Shown here piece after piece: positions 1 through 10,057 of a stretch of 53,285 nucleotides of DNA. The position numbers and the translations under genes are program-made. Source of the DNA: an uncultured Chloroflexia bacterium (GTDB lineage Bacteria; Chloroflexota; Limnocylindria; Limnocylindrales; CSP1-4); NCBI GenBank assembly GCA_963712745.1, contig CAVQJC010000018.1, positions 1-53,285 on the forward strand. Direction: 5' to 3'. Below the pieces are notes generated by a model. It saw nothing but the letters and a program-made list of their open reading frames with translations. It was not told the DNA's origin and made no database searches. The first letter of the stretch is position 1. Every line of letters starts with the position of its first letter.

Positions 1-707
1 TAGCTACGCCCGGCGAGACTCCCATTCCGCGGCGACTCAGAAGGCACCGCTGGCCCGGATCCGTCCGCCGTCGGGTAGACCACTTCCAGCTCCTCGATGA
101 GCCGTCGCTCGTCGGGGCGGAGGAGCCAGGTGTAGACCAGGTAGAGCGCGATGCCGGCGGTCCAGACGACGGCGACCGCCGGCACCCAGCCCAGAAGCGG
201 CAGGGCGTCGGACTGGCGTCCGATCCAGTCGACGCCCAGGATCATGCCCGTCAGCCACAGCAGTCCGGCACCGCCCATGTAGGCGAGCGTGGCGGCGCTC
301 ATGTGGGACGACGGGCGACGCAGGTCCAACGCGGCGATCTTCGGGTCGTCCGGCGCGTAGAAGTAGGCCGCCTCCAGCCGGTGCGCCGCAGGGACGCCAC
401 TCCCGCTCCGCGCCGCCAGCGCGCGCTCGACCCACTCGGCGTGACGTCGCGCGAACACCGTGTACCAGAACAGGTAGCTCGCTTCGATGAAGACGAACGG
501 CACCAGGAACGGGACGATGAGGACGGTGCCGCCGAGCGGCTGCCACAGTGACGCCACCAGCAGCCCGATAGTGGCCAGGCTGTAGACGCGCATGTGCACG
601 AAGAACAGCTGGGAGTATCCGAAGAGCATGCCGCGCATGCGTCGCAGCTGCTGGTCGAGCTGATCGACGGTCAACCACTCCGGGTCTGCGTTGCTCCGGC
701 CTTCCAT
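1..707 (-). CDS. Hypothetical integral membrane protein (stop codon clipped by window edge)
   Basis: Not in the ORF track. Manual translation from ATG at 707 gives MEGRSNADPEWLTVDQLDQQLRRMRGMLFGYSQLFFVHMRVYSLATIGLLVASLW..., open to position 3 followed by 'TA'. It has several hydrophobic segments. Confidence 0.7.
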   Translation of the reverse strand, partial: MEGRSNADPEWLTVDQLDQQLRRMRGMLFGYSQLFFVHMRVYSLATIGLLVASLWQPLGGTVLIVPFLVPFVFIEASYLFWYTVFARRHAEWVERALAARSGSGVPAAHRLEAAYFYAPDDPKIAALDLRRPSSHMSAATLAYMGGAGLLWLTGMILGVDWIGRQSDALPLLGWVPAVAVVWTAGIALYLVYTWLLRPDERRLIEELEVVYPTADGSGPAVPSESPRNGSLAGRS

Positions 708-773
708 GTCCGCAGGATGTCACATGCCGAAGGCGACGTCACCGCGCGCGGAAGCGTGGCCTATCGTTGGTCC

Positions 774-1409
774 ATGACCGATATCCCTCGCCGGCGCGAC
801 GAAGCGCCAGAGCGGCCACTGGCACGGGCCGACCTGGACCCGGACCCGCTGGTCCAGCTCCGGACCTGGCTCGAGGCTGCTGCGGCCGCCGGGACACGCG
901 AACCGAATGCCATGACGCTGGCCACCGCCGACGTGGCCGGGGTCCCGTCCGCCCGAGTGGTCCTGCTCCGCGGTATCGATGGCCAGGGCCTCACCTGGTA
1001 CACGAACCGCGAGTCGCTCAAGGGCCGCGACCTGGCAGCCAATCCGCGCGCCGCCCTCGTCTTCCATTGGGAGCCCCAGCAACGCCAGGTGCGGGTCAGC
1101 GGCGACGTAGCCGTGGTCCCTGATGCGGAAGCGCAGGCCTACTTCTCCGCACGACCGCGCCGGAGCCAGCTCGCAGCGTGGGCCTCGCCGCAGGGGCGGC
1201 CGCTGACCGATCGAGCTGAGCTGGAGGCTGCGATGCAGCGCATCGCGGCGAAGTATCCGGATGCGGTGCCGTTGCCGCCCTTCTGGGGTGGCCACTGCTT
1301 GTGGCCGGCGATGTTCGAGTTCTGGCAGGGACGACGCGACCGCATGCACGATCGTTTCCGCTATCTGCGCGAGGGAGACGGCTGGAGGATCGACCGCCTG
1401 GCACCGTAG
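774..1409 (+). CDS. pdxH: Pyridoxamine 5'-phosphate oxidase
   Basis: Motifs EPNAMTLAT, PSARVVLL, YTNRESLKG, RQVRVSG, YFSARPRRSQ and EFWQGRRDRMHDR; ATG at 774. Confidence 0.95.
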   Translation: MTDIPRRRDEAPERPLARADLDPDPLVQLRTWLEAAAAAGTREPNAMTLATADVAGVPSARVVLLRGIDGQGLTWYTNRESLKGRDLAANPRAALVFHWEPQQRQVRVSGDVAVVPDAEAQAYFSARPRRSQLAAWASPQGRPLTDRAELEAAMQRIAAKYPDAVPLPPFWGGHCLWPAMFEFWQGRRDRMHDRFRYLREGDGWRIDRLAP

Positions 1410-1501
1410 CGCTGGCTTCGACATCGACGCTGAGGCCCGTCGGACCTGCCCGTTCGCGGATGCCTCGTACCTCTGGTCCATGACGTCCGTGGACGCCACG
1501 G

Positions 1502-1789
1502 TCAGACCAGTCGCGTGACGACACCCACGATCACGACGATGCAGCCACCCAGACCGAGCATCCGACGCCATGGGTTCACGCCCCTGACCAGCTCATCGAC
1601 CGCCCACCAACCGAGCGTTACCGATCCGGCCCACTCCAGCAGGGTGTTGGCGCTGGAGTCGGGAGCGACGAACCATCTCGCGACGACCGTGCCCATCCAG
1701 AGCAGGATGGGGAGGTTGGGCAAGTGGGCCACCAGGAGCTTCCCGGTCTGCCGGTCGCGAAACCACCAGTCGACGATGCTTCGGTACAT
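1502..1789 (-). CDS. Small hypothetical membrane protein
   Basis: MYRSIVDWWFRDRQTGKLLVAHLPNLPILLW...WAVDELVRGVNPWRRMLG; about three TM segments. Confidence 0.65.
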   Translation of the reverse strand: MYRSIVDWWFRDRQTGKLLVAHLPNLPILLWMGTVVARWFVAPDSSANTLLEWAGSVTLGWWAVDELVRGVNPWRRMLGLGGCIVVIVGVVTRLV

Positions 1790-1811
1790 CTCGGCGTCTA
1801 CCGTCGGCCCG

Positions 1812-2708
1812 TCAGGCGGCCCGTGGCGGACGGGGCACGAGCACTGGTGTGCGAGCTTTGTAGGCCTCGTAGTCCGGCAGTCCGCCCCATCGAGCGTCGG
1901 ATCTGCGCTCGAGCATGGGGACGCCACTGATGCGAGTCAGCAGCAGTGCCACGAACAGCGGCGAGATCAGGGTCAGCAGCTGCCAGCCTGCCAGGACCGG
2001 CATCGCGATGACCGCCACGCCGACCCACAGGAGTATCTCGCCGAAGTAGTTGGGATGGCGTGACCACGCCCACAGGCCGTCATCGATGAAGCGGTCCCGG
2101 TTGGCTGGATCGGCGCGAAAGCGGCTCTTCTGCCAGTCCGCGACGGCCTCGATCATGAAGCCGACCAGCCAGATGGCGAAGCCGAGCACGCTCACGACTC
2201 CGAGCGGCTCGCGTGTCGTGGCCGTGATGGCGGCCAGTGCTGCGGCAAGCGTGAGGCTGACCCAGAGTCCCTGCACGGTCCAGACGGCCAGGAAGCGAGC
2301 CGCCGACGGCTTGAGCGCATCGAAACGTTCGTCCTTGCCCGCTCTGCGGATGCGCCGGAACAGGAAGGTGCCGAGCCTGGCAGCCCACACCGCGACAATC
2401 ACCAGGAGCAGCAGAGAGCGTTCGTCGCGCACCGGCGAAAGGCCGACCGCGGCGATCGTCACGCCGATGTAGGTGAGGCTGCCGGTAAGGTCGAAGAAGC
2501 GCTCCGTCTGGCGGACGAACGCCGGCACGAAGGCGACCCACTGGACGATGAACGCGACCGCGACGCAGATCGCGAATACCGGTACGCCGGAGACGGTCTG
2601 GCCACCCTGGCTTCCGACGATCGCGGCCGCGATGCCCACGAGGATGGCCACGAGGATGGCCAGCATCGCGAGTACATCACCCCTGCCGATCCCAGGTTCC
2701 TGGTTCAT
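1812..2708 (-). CDS. DUF1295 / steroid 5-alpha-reductase-like membrane protein
   Basis: FFDLTGSLTY, WAARLGTFLFRRI, KDERFD, ADWQKSRF, GLWAWSRHPNYFGE, SGVPMLE. Confidence 0.9.
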   Translation of the reverse strand: MNQEPGIGRGDVLAMLAILVAILVGIAAAIVGSQGGQTVSGVPVFAICVAVAFIVQWVAFVPAFVRQTERFFDLTGSLTYIGVTIAAVGLSPVRDERSLLLLVIVAVWAARLGTFLFRRIRRAGKDERFDALKPSAARFLAVWTVQGLWVSLTLAAALAAITATTREPLGVVSVLGFAIWLVGFMIEAVADWQKSRFRADPANRDRFIDDGLWAWSRHPNYFGEILLWVGVAVIAMPVLAGWQLLTLISPLFVALLLTRISGVPMLERRSDARWGGLPDYEAYKARTPVLVPRPPRAA

Positions 2709-2842
2709 CGACGCGCCCGCGGGTCCGATCCTGCACGCCACGCTGCCATCTTCGCCATACGGAGGAGCATACGCCCGGGCGTCGCACGCACCAGGAACGC
2801 GAGCATGACGGATCGGCGAGACCCGGGCACACTCCCGGATGT

Positions 2843-3859
2843 ATGTGGTACGAACCGATCCTGGCTCGGGATGTCCTTCCCGACGCCTTGGTTCGCCCGG
2901 CCGTGCGTGCTCGTCTGGGACGACACCTAGCTGCGCTGAGGCGGGCCACGGGCGGCGATCCGGGGGCGGCACTGCGTCAGTTCGCCGAGCGGCTGCGTCG
3001 ACAGCCTATCGCCATCCACGCGGATGCCGCGAACCAGCAGCACTACGAGGTCTCGGCTGGCTTCTTCCGCCACTTCCTGGGTCCGCGCATGAAGTACTCG
3101 GCCTGTCACTGGCCGAGTGGCGTGTCCGACATCGCGTCTGCCGAGGACGCGATGCTGGCACTGACCTGTGCGCGCGCGGGCATCGCGGACGGGATGGATG
3201 TGCTGGACCTGGGCTGTGGTTGGGGCTCGTTCGCGCTCTACGTCGCAGAGCACTACCCAGCGACCCGAGTGCTGGCGGTGTCCAACTCGTCTTCACAGGG
3301 TGATCACATCCGGCGCGAGGTCGCCCGTCGCGGCCTTTGCGCTGTCGAGCACCGGGTCGGGAACATCGCCGATCTTGATCCCGGCCGCCGTTTCGACAGG
3401 ATCGTCTCGATCGAGATGTTCGAGCACCTCCGCAACTATGAGCTCGCGCTCCGGCGCCTTCGCGGATGGCTGGCGCCGGAGGGCCGATCGTTCATCCACG
3501 TCTTCAGCCATCGCGAGTTCGCGTACCAGTTCGACAGCGACGACTGGATGGGCCGCACCTTCTTCACCGGCGGGACCATGCCGGCGCGTGCCCTCTTCCA
3601 CGAGTTCGGGGCCGACCTCGAGGTCGTGCAGGAGTGGCACATGGACGGCCGCGACTATGCCGCCACGCTGGAGTGCTGGCTGGAGCGACTCGACGCAGCG
3701 CGCGAGTCCGTCTGGCCCATCCTGGCCGACAGATACGGCGATGGGGACGCCCGCCGCTGGTGGGCCAACTGGCGCCTCTTCTTCATGGTCTGCGCCGAAG
3801 CGTTCGGCTATGACAGCGGTCGGCAGTACGGCGTCTCGCACTACCTCCTGGGGCCTTAG
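2843..3859 (+). CDS. Cyclopropane-fatty-acyl-phospholipid synthase-like SAM-dependent methyltransferase
   Basis: ANQQHYE, LGPRMKYS, LDLGCGWG, SIEMFEH, FFTGGTMP, WRLFFMVCAEAFGY. Confidence 0.9.
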   Translation: MWYEPILARDVLPDALVRPAVRARLGRHLAALRRATGGDPGAALRQFAERLRRQPIAIHADAANQQHYEVSAGFFRHFLGPRMKYSACHWPSGVSDIASAEDAMLALTCARAGIADGMDVLDLGCGWGSFALYVAEHYPATRVLAVSNSSSQGDHIRREVARRGLCAVEHRVGNIADLDPGRRFDRIVSIEMFEHLRNYELALRRLRGWLAPEGRSFIHVFSHREFAYQFDSDDWMGRTFFTGGTMPARALFHEFGADLEVVQEWHMDGRDYAATLECWLERLDAARESVWPILADRYGDGDARRWWANWRLFFMVCAEAFGYDSGRQYGVSHYLLGP

Positions 3860-4035
3860 CTACGACGACGGCGGTCCGACCAGCTCCAGCAGATCGACGA
3901 GCGGCTGCTGGTCGACCTCGAGGAAGCCATCACGGGGCCGGTCAAGATCGACCAGCAGAGTGATGACCGCGCCGAGGACGGCGATCATCACGACCGCGGT
4001 GAGCGGGCCGCGCCGTCCCGTGAGACCGACCAGCG
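3860..4035 (-). pseudogene. C-terminal remnant of a DUF4239/bestrophin-like membrane protein
   Basis: Manual translation GLTGRRGPLTAVVMIAVLGAVITLLVDLDRPRDGFLEVDQQPLVDLLELVGPPSS*; no room for the N-terminal part before the next gene. Confidence 0.55.
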
Positions 4036-4073
4036 GGCCTGAGTCAGGGACTTCGCAGTTCTCCTGCCGGGGA

Positions 4074-4832
4074 TCAGAGCTCGGCGATCAGGGTGAGGGC
4101 GACCTCAAAGATCTCGTCTTCGGCGCGGTCGAAGGCCGTCTGCTGGTGCTCGGGCAACCGGTCGAGGAACGTACGTTCCGACAGGACCTCGTCCCAGGCC
4201 ACGAGCATGGAGACCCCCGCAGCCCCGAACGTCCTCGCGACCGCCAGCGTGGCGGCTGTCTCCATGTCCACGCCCAGGTAGCCCTCGTCCGACCACCTGC
4301 GCAGGAGGTCGACCGGCTGATTGAAGAGCGTCGGCCAGGTCACGCTTGGTCCCTGGTGGGCCGTCACGCCGTGCCGTTCCAGCAGGGCCGCCGCACGATC
4401 GGACCACTCCCCCGACGAGGCCACGCGAGCATCCGTCGAGTAGAGCGCCGTCGTCCCGTCCAACCCCAGGGCTGCGGTCGGGACCACCACATCACCTGGA
4501 CGCACGCCGGCTCCGATCACCCCACAGCTGCCCATCTGGATCGCCAGCCGTGCGCCGACGAGGGTCGCGACCTGGACGATCTCGGCGGTCCGCGGAGCTC
4601 CGTAGGGACAGGCGTAGATCAGTCTTCGCCCCGCGGAAGACCCGATGTAGACGTCAGGGATCCCGAGCTCCCGGACCGACTCCAGCCGCTTCAGGCGACG
4701 GTGTGTGTGCTGTGCGCGCCACCAGGTGCCCTCGACCACGACAGCGACCGGCCGATCATCATCAGCCAGCCCCAGCACGGTTCGCCAGGCGACCGCGTCG
4801 ACTTCCCCGACGGGACCGAGGTCAGAGCTCAT
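4074..4832 (-). CDS. Nucleoside phosphorylase family protein (PNP/UDP-like)
   Basis: PYGAP, IQMGSCG, PGDVVVPT and GVDMETA motifs; start uncertain (4832 or 4874). Confidence 0.8.
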   Translation of the reverse strand: MSSDLGPVGEVDAVAWRTVLGLADDDRPVAVVVEGTWWRAQHTHRRLKRLESVRELGIPDVYIGSSAGRRLIYACPYGAPRTAEIVQVATLVGARLAIQMGSCGVIGAGVRPGDVVVPTAALGLDGTTALYSTDARVASSGEWSDRAAALLERHGVTAHQGPSVTWPTLFNQPVDLLRRWSDEGYLGVDMETAATLAVARTFGAAGVSMLVAWDEVLSERTFLDRLPEHQQTAFDRAEDEIFEVALTLIAEL

Positions 4833-4860
4833 CCCAGACCCAGGCAAGGCCGACGGCAGA

Positions 4861-5904
4861 TCAGCCGGGCACACCCGTGGCTGATCCGACCCGTGCTCGT
4901 CGCACTTCGGCAGCGACCTTCTCCGGCGAGGGGATGTAGGCGTCCTCCAGCGGCGGGCTGAAAGGCACTGGCATGTGCGGCGCAGTCACGAGGCCGACCG
5001 GTCCGCGCAGCGCCTCGAAGGCCTCCGACGCCACGAGCCCGGCGATGTCGGTCGCCAGCGAGCAGCGCGGGTTGGATTCGTCCACGACGACCAGGTGGCC
5101 GGTCTTGCGCACCGAGCGGATGATGGTCTCGAGGTCCAGCGGCGACATCGTGCGCGGGTCGATGACCTCGGCCGATACGCCCTCTTGAGCCAGCCCATCG
5201 GCCGCCTCGACCGCGGTGTGCACCATCTTCTGGATGCCCACGATGGTCACATCGTTACCCTCGCGAACGACCTTCGCCACACCGAAGGGGATGGTGTACG
5301 ACTCCTCGGGCACGGGGCCTTCCCGCATGTACAGCCGCTTGTGTTCGATGAAGATGACCGGATCAGGGTCGCGGATGGCCTCGATCAGGAGCCCCTTGGC
5401 GTCGTACGCGGTCGACGGCGCGACCACCTTCAGCCCGGGCACATGCGTGTACAGCGAGTACAGCGCCTGCGAGTGCTCGGCCCCGGCACGGAAGCCGGCA
5501 CCAGCGACGGTGCGGATGACCATGGGGATCGAGACCTTGCCGCCGTAGACGTAGCGCATCTTGGCGGCCTGGTTGAAGACCTGGTCGAACGAGGTGCCGA
5601 TGAAATCGATGTACATGATCTCGGCCACCGGCCGTAGCCCGGCATAGGCAGCACCGATCGAGGCGCCGATGAAGCCGGTCTCGGCGATGGCGGTGTCGAT
5701 GACGCGCTCGCGCCCATAGCGCTCGAGCAGCCCCTTGGTCACGCCGAAGGGCCCACCCCAGGCATCGGCCGCGTCGGGATGCTCCTGGTCACGGCCGGCG
5801 CCACCGGCGATGTCCTCGCCGAAGAGCACCACGCGCTCGTCAGCGGCCATCTCCTGCATGAGCGCCTCGTTGATGGCGTCCTTGATGTTCAGTTCGCGGG
5901 TCAT
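4861..5904 (-). CDS. TPP-dependent 2-oxoacid/acetoin dehydrogenase E1 beta subunit (AcoB-like)
   Basis: GEDIAGG..DAWGGPFGVTKGL, DTAIAE, GAEHSQ, DPDPVIFIEHK, PVPFSPPLE. Confidence 0.9.
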   Translation of the reverse strand: MTRELNIKDAINEALMQEMAADERVVLFGEDIAGGAGRDQEHPDAADAWGGPFGVTKGLLERYGRERVIDTAIAETGFIGASIGAAYAGLRPVAEIMYIDFIGTSFDQVFNQAAKMRYVYGGKVSIPMVIRTVAGAGFRAGAEHSQALYSLYTHVPGLKVVAPSTAYDAKGLLIEAIRDPDPVIFIEHKRLYMREGPVPEESYTIPFGVAKVVREGNDVTIVGIQKMVHTAVEAADGLAQEGVSAEVIDPRTMSPLDLETIIRSVRKTGHLVVVDESNPRCSLATDIAGLVASEAFEALRGPVGLVTAPHMPVPFSPPLEDAYIPSPEKVAAEVRRARVGSATGVPG

Positions 5905-6878
5905 CGGGCTCCCTCCGGCCAGGTCGTGTACACGTCGGCGGTCATGTCCTCGGTGCTGGGCCAGTCGGCCTCGCGGGCAGCAGCCCAGGCGGCGTCCACC
6001 TCTCGCTGCGCGTCCTCGTCGATGCCATCGAGGTCGGCCGCATCGATGCGCCCCGCCACCGCCCGTCGGAAGAAATCGAGCGGGTCCTTGGCTCGCCAGC
6101 GCTCGACCTCGAAGGGCGGCTTGTAGGTCTGCGTGTCGCCCTCGTACTGGCCACCGTAGCGGTAGGTCATGGCCTCGATGAGCGAGGGGCCGCCACCGGA
6201 GCGCGCCCGCTCGATGGCCCGCTCGGTCGCTCGTCGCACCTCGAAGACGTCCATGCCGTCGACCTGCACCGCGGGGATGCCATAGGGCGTGGCCATGGCC
6301 GTCACCGAGCTGGCGTTGAGGTGGTAGTCGACCGCGGTGGTCTCCGCGTAGAGATTGTTCTCGCAGACGAAGATGACCGGCACCTGCAGCAAAGCCGCGA
6401 AGTCGAGCGCTTCATGCCAGGCGCCCTGGTGGACCGCACCGTCCCCGAAGAAGCTCACGGCCACACGATCCTGCCCCAGGCGCTGCGCGGCGAAGGCGGC
6501 ACCGGCCGCGATGGGCAGCCCGGCGGCCACGATGCCCATGCCGCCGATCATGCCCAGGTCCTGGTCCGCGACATGCATCGACCCGCCGCGCCCGTAGATG
6601 ACGCCGGTCTGCCTGCCCAGCAGCTCGCCGGCGACGGCCTCGAGGGGCATCTCACGCGCGATGGCGTGGTGATGGTTGCGGTAGGTGGTGGTGAACCAGT
6701 CGTCGTCGCGCAGGAGGGCGATGACACCGACCGCGGTGGCCTCCTCTCCGTAGGCGGTATGCGTGTAGCCCTCGGTGCGCTTCTCCATGGTCTCGAGGTG
6801 GACGCGCTCCTCGAAGCGCCTGATACGGACCATGCGCCGCCACAGATCCAGCAGCGTGGCCCGTTCGAGTTCAGACAT
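5901..6878 (-). CDS. TPP-dependent dehydrogenase E1 alpha subunit (AcoA-like)
   Basis: GRGGSMH, TPP motif FFGDGA...ENN, VDGMDV, GGGPSLIEAMTYR; RBS AGGAGG upstream. Confidence 0.9.
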   Translation of the reverse strand: MSELERATLLDLWRRMVRIRRFEERVHLETMEKRTEGYTHTAYGEEATAVGVIALLRDDDWFTTTYRNHHHAIAREMPLEAVAGELLGRQTGVIYGRGGSMHVADQDLGMIGGMGIVAAGLPIAAGAAFAAQRLGQDRVAVSFFGDGAVHQGAWHEALDFAALLQVPVIFVCENNLYAETTAVDYHLNASSVTAMATPYGIPAVQVDGMDVFEVRRATERAIERARSGGGPSLIEAMTYRYGGQYEGDTQTYKPPFEVERWRAKDPLDFFRRAVAGRIDAADLDGIDEDAQREVDAAWAAAREADWPSTEDMTADVYTTWPEGAR

Positions 6879-6923
6879 GGGTCCCCTCCTCCTTGTCGAT
6901 GCCTGGCAGGTGGATGTGAGCGG

Positions 6924-7908
6924 TCATGAAGGTGCTCCTTCAGGTTGGACCACCGCGTGCTGCAGCGGCTCGCCGGCCTGCCAGCGCGCGATGTCGTCGA
7001 TGATCATGCGGGCGTGATGTCGCCGCACGTCGTCGGCTGCGCCGGCCACATGCGGCGTGATGGTGACGTTGTCGAGCGCGCGGATGGGGTGGTCAGCTGC
7101 CAATGGCTCCTCCCAGAAGACGTCGAGGGCGGCGCCGGCGATGTCGTGGTGGCGCAATGCCTGCAGCAGCGCCGTCTCGTCCACCACCGCGGCACGGGCG
7201 GTGTTGACCAGGACGGCCTCGGCGCGCATGAGCCCGAGCTCGCGTTCGCCGATGAGCCCGCGCGTCTCGGGCGTCAGCGGGCAGTGGATGGAGACCACGT
7301 CCGAGCGCACCAGCAGCTCATCGAGGGCCACCAGTCCCACACCCCCGGGGGCGGTGGCGACGAAGGGGTCGAAGGCCAGGACCGACATGCCGAACCCCCG
7401 GGCGCGGTCGGCCACGAGCCGGCCGATGGCGCCGAGCCCTACGAGGCCGATGGTGCGCCCATCGAGCTCCGGCCCACGGAAGTGGAAGTAGGGCAGATCG
7501 CCATCGACCATCCAGCCGTCTTCGCGCAGCTGGCGCTCCGCGCGCCCGAGGCCGCGGCAGTGGTCCAGCAGCAGGCCCAGCGTGAAGTCAGCCACCGAGA
7601 TGGCATTGCGGCCGGGCGTCGCCAAGACCGTGACCCCGTGACCGGCGGCGGCGACGAGGTCGACGTTGGTGGGGTTGCCCCGGCAGGAGGCCACCAGGCG
7701 GACGCTGCGGGCAGCGGAGAACACGGACTCATCGACCCGCTCGAGCTCGCAGATGAGGACTCTCGGTGTCATCGAGAGCAGCGATGAGCTCGGCCTCGGT
7801 CATGGCCTCACGGGTCACGCCCCAGCCCGCGTGCACGGGTCGGTAGCCGAGCGACGCCAGCTCGTCGAGCCCGTCTGGCGGGAACTCGGCAGTGACGAGT
7901 GCCCTCAT
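6924..7908 (-). CDS. D-isomer-specific 2-hydroxyacid dehydrogenase (frameshift near 7762)
   Basis: N-terminus MRALVTAEF... from ATG 7908 (ATGA overlap with the kinase stop) continues in another frame as VLICELE...GLVGLGAIG, NTARA, DVFWEEP, TPHVAG. Confidence 0.85.
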
Positions 7909-9362
7909 GCCGTCCAGCCTGGGAGCGCCCCGCGCAGTGCCTCGCCGGCGGCGATGTATCGCATGTAGCCCTCCTCGAGCGCGTCGCTGTCGCGGGGTTC
8001 GATGGTGTCGCCGATGAAGGCGGGTGGTTCGGCCGCCGTGGCCGGGTCCGCGTCCGCGGAAGCGGCCAGCCAGGCGAAGGTTCGGCCGGCTGGGTAGTCG
8101 CTGGCCACGCGGCCGATGGGCCGGCCGGTGACGTCGGCCACGAGTTGGGTGAACGTGCGGGAGCGGGCGGCGCCGCCGAGCAGACAGACCCGCCTCGCAG
8201 GCGTACCGGTGGCGCGTTCGAGGTCTTCGAGGTTGCCGCGGATGCCGTAGGCGTGGGCCTCGATGAAGGCTCGGGCCACATCGGCCCGGACATGTCCGGG
8301 CTCGAAGCCGATGAGCCCGCCGGGAGCTCGACTGCTCCAGGTCTCCTCGCTCCAGATCCTGGCCGTGACGGCGGCAGTGACGCCGTTGGCGCCGGGTGCT
8401 GACGTGGCCGCCTCGTCGGCCAGCGTCTCCACGCTGGTGCCGCTGATGCGCGCGAACCAGTCGAGGCTCATGCCGGTGTAGCCGGCGTTCGTCTCTGCGG
8501 CCCACCGGTCGGGACGCAGATGGGCGCTGACCCAGGGGTGCTGTTCGGGGTCGCGAGGGAACGCCGCGGTGCTCGCCTGGAGCGGGGTGGTGGTGCCGGC
8601 CACCACGCTCACCACGCCCTCGGCCAGCCCGCCCGCGCCCGTGGCGGCGAGCTGCGTGTCACCACCTCCGGCGATGACGTCGAGGCCGCTGGGCAGGCCC
8701 AGCTCGAGGTCCCGCAGCCTCCCCACCCGCGCCCCGGCATCGACCAGCGCCGGCAACATGGCCGGGTCGAGGTCGAGCGCCTCCAGGATGTCTGTCGCCC
8801 AGGTCCGTCGCTGGACATCGAGCAACTGACCCGCGGAGGCCATCGAGGGCTCGCTCACGCGCTCACCGCAGAGTCGCCATAGCGCCCAGTCGTGGACGAA
8901 GAGCATGGTGCGGGCCCGCTCCAGCCGGCCGCGACGCTGCTCCTCGAGCAGCTTGGGCAGGGTCAGTTGCGGCGCGGACCAGTGGCCGGTGACCTCGTAG
9001 AGCCGCTCCCGGCCGATGGCTTCGCGCACCCGCTCAAGGTGGTCCGCCCCGCGGCGATCGGCATTGACTACCCCTGGCGCCAGCTCCCGGTCTTCGGCAA
9101 GCAGGACATAGCCCTGGCGCAGTGAGGTCACGCTGACTGCCGCGTAGTCATCCTTCGGGCGAGCGGCCCGGGCCACGGCCGCACGCATGGCGGCAGCTGC
9201 GGACTGCCACCAGGCGTCGGGGTCGAACTCGGCCCGGCCCGGCGCCGGATGCTGGGTCTCGGTCGGCTCCTGGGCCAGGGCCAGCACCTCGCCGCGTTCG
9301 ACGTCGGCCACGCAGGCCTTGACGGCCCCGCCTCCGAAGTCGAGCCCGGCCACCAGCGGCAT
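7905..9362 (-). CDS. FGGY-family carbohydrate kinase (LsrK/YoaC-like)
   Basis: GLDFGGGAVKA, TSLRQG, DRRG, GGGDTQ, AGTT, GGAARS. Confidence 0.88.
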   Translation of the reverse strand: MPLVAGLDFGGGAVKACVADVERGEVLALAQEPTETQHPAPGRAEFDPDAWWQSAAAAMRAAVARAARPKDDYAAVSVTSLRQGYVLLAEDRELAPGVVNADRRGADHLERVREAIGRERLYEVTGHWSAPQLTLPKLLEEQRRGRLERARTMLFVHDWALWRLCGERVSEPSMASAGQLLDVQRRTWATDILEALDLDPAMLPALVDAGARVGRLRDLELGLPSGLDVIAGGGDTQLAATGAGGLAEGVVSVVAGTTTPLQASTAAFPRDPEQHPWVSAHLRPDRWAAETNAGYTGMSLDWFARISGTSVETLADEAATSAPGANGVTAAVTARIWSEETWSSRAPGGLIGFEPGHVRADVARAFIEAHAYGIRGNLEDLERATGTPARRVCLLGGAARSRTFTQLVADVTGRPIGRVASDYPAGRTFAWLAASADADPATAAEPPAFIGDTIEPRDSDALEEGYMRYIAAGEALRGALPGWTA

Positions 9363-10018
9363 CAGGTCTTGCCGTAGCCCTTGCCGGCCGCTTCCAGTCC
9401 GCGGATCCACTCCATGTACTCGGGCGGCGTGACGGTATCGGTGTCGCCCAGTCCGGTCGCCCGGTAGGTAGCCATGGCCGCAGCCTCGAGGTTCATCGCG
9501 CGCTGGTAGGCCAGGTCGGCCGCGTCGGCCACGAGCAGGCAACCGTGGTGCTTGAGCAGCACGACCTCGGCGCCATCGAGCTGCTCGGCCACGGCCGCGG
9601 CGAGCTCGGGACTGCCGGAGTTGATGTAGGGCACCTCGTGCAGTTCGCGCACGTAGTAGGCATGGTCGGTGGTGAGGTGTCGGATGGGCGTACCCACCGC
9701 GTGCAGTGTCGTCGACACCGGCGGGTGCAGGTGGAAGACGTAGTTGGCGTCGGATCGGGCGCCGTAGGCCGCGGCGTGCATGGGCCACTCACTCGAGGGC
9801 TTGAGGCCCCCGTCGATCACGGTCCCATCGAAGCCGACGCGCACGAGCTGGTCGGGTGTCAGCTCGGCGATGCTGTAGCCACTGGGCGTGATGAGGAAAC
9901 CCTCGCCACCAGGCAGGCGGCCCGAGAGGTTACCCCCGGAGCCGACCACCAGCCCCGCGGTCACGAGCTTCTGGCCCTGGAACAGCAGGGCTTCGGCGAT
10001 GGTTCGTTCGTCGGTCAT
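9362..10018 (-). CDS. Class II aldolase/adducin family protein (FucA-like)
   Basis: GSGGNLS, ITPSG, PSSEWPMH, HLH and LKHHG metal-binding motifs. Confidence 0.9.
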   Translation of the reverse strand: MTDERTIAEALLFQGQKLVTAGLVVGSGGNLSGRLPGGEGFLITPSGYSIAELTPDQLVRVGFDGTVIDGGLKPSSEWPMHAAAYGARSDANYVFHLHPPVSTTLHAVGTPIRHLTTDHAYYVRELHEVPYINSGSPELAAAVAEQLDGAEVVLLKHHGCLLVADAADLAYQRAMNLEAAAMATYRATGLGDTDTVTPPEYMEWIRGLEAAGKGYGKT

Positions 10019-10057
10019 GGCGGTGCGTTCCCTCTCCTCTGGGTCGGCGGCCCCTGC

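Noticed and set aside
37-723. 228-aa ORF in the track
   Set aside because: Arg/Pro-rich off-frame shadow of the real membrane protein gene at 1-707.
3168-4961. 597-aa plus-strand ORF, and similar long ORFs such as 9545-11143, 12009-13307 and 48200-49441
   Set aside because: Antisense or off-frame shadows of well-supported genes, common in high-GC DNA; no motifs.
4861-6878. Naming the E1 pair pdhAB or acoAB
   Set aside because: E2/E3 are absent, an active-site residue differs, and the context points to another substrate.
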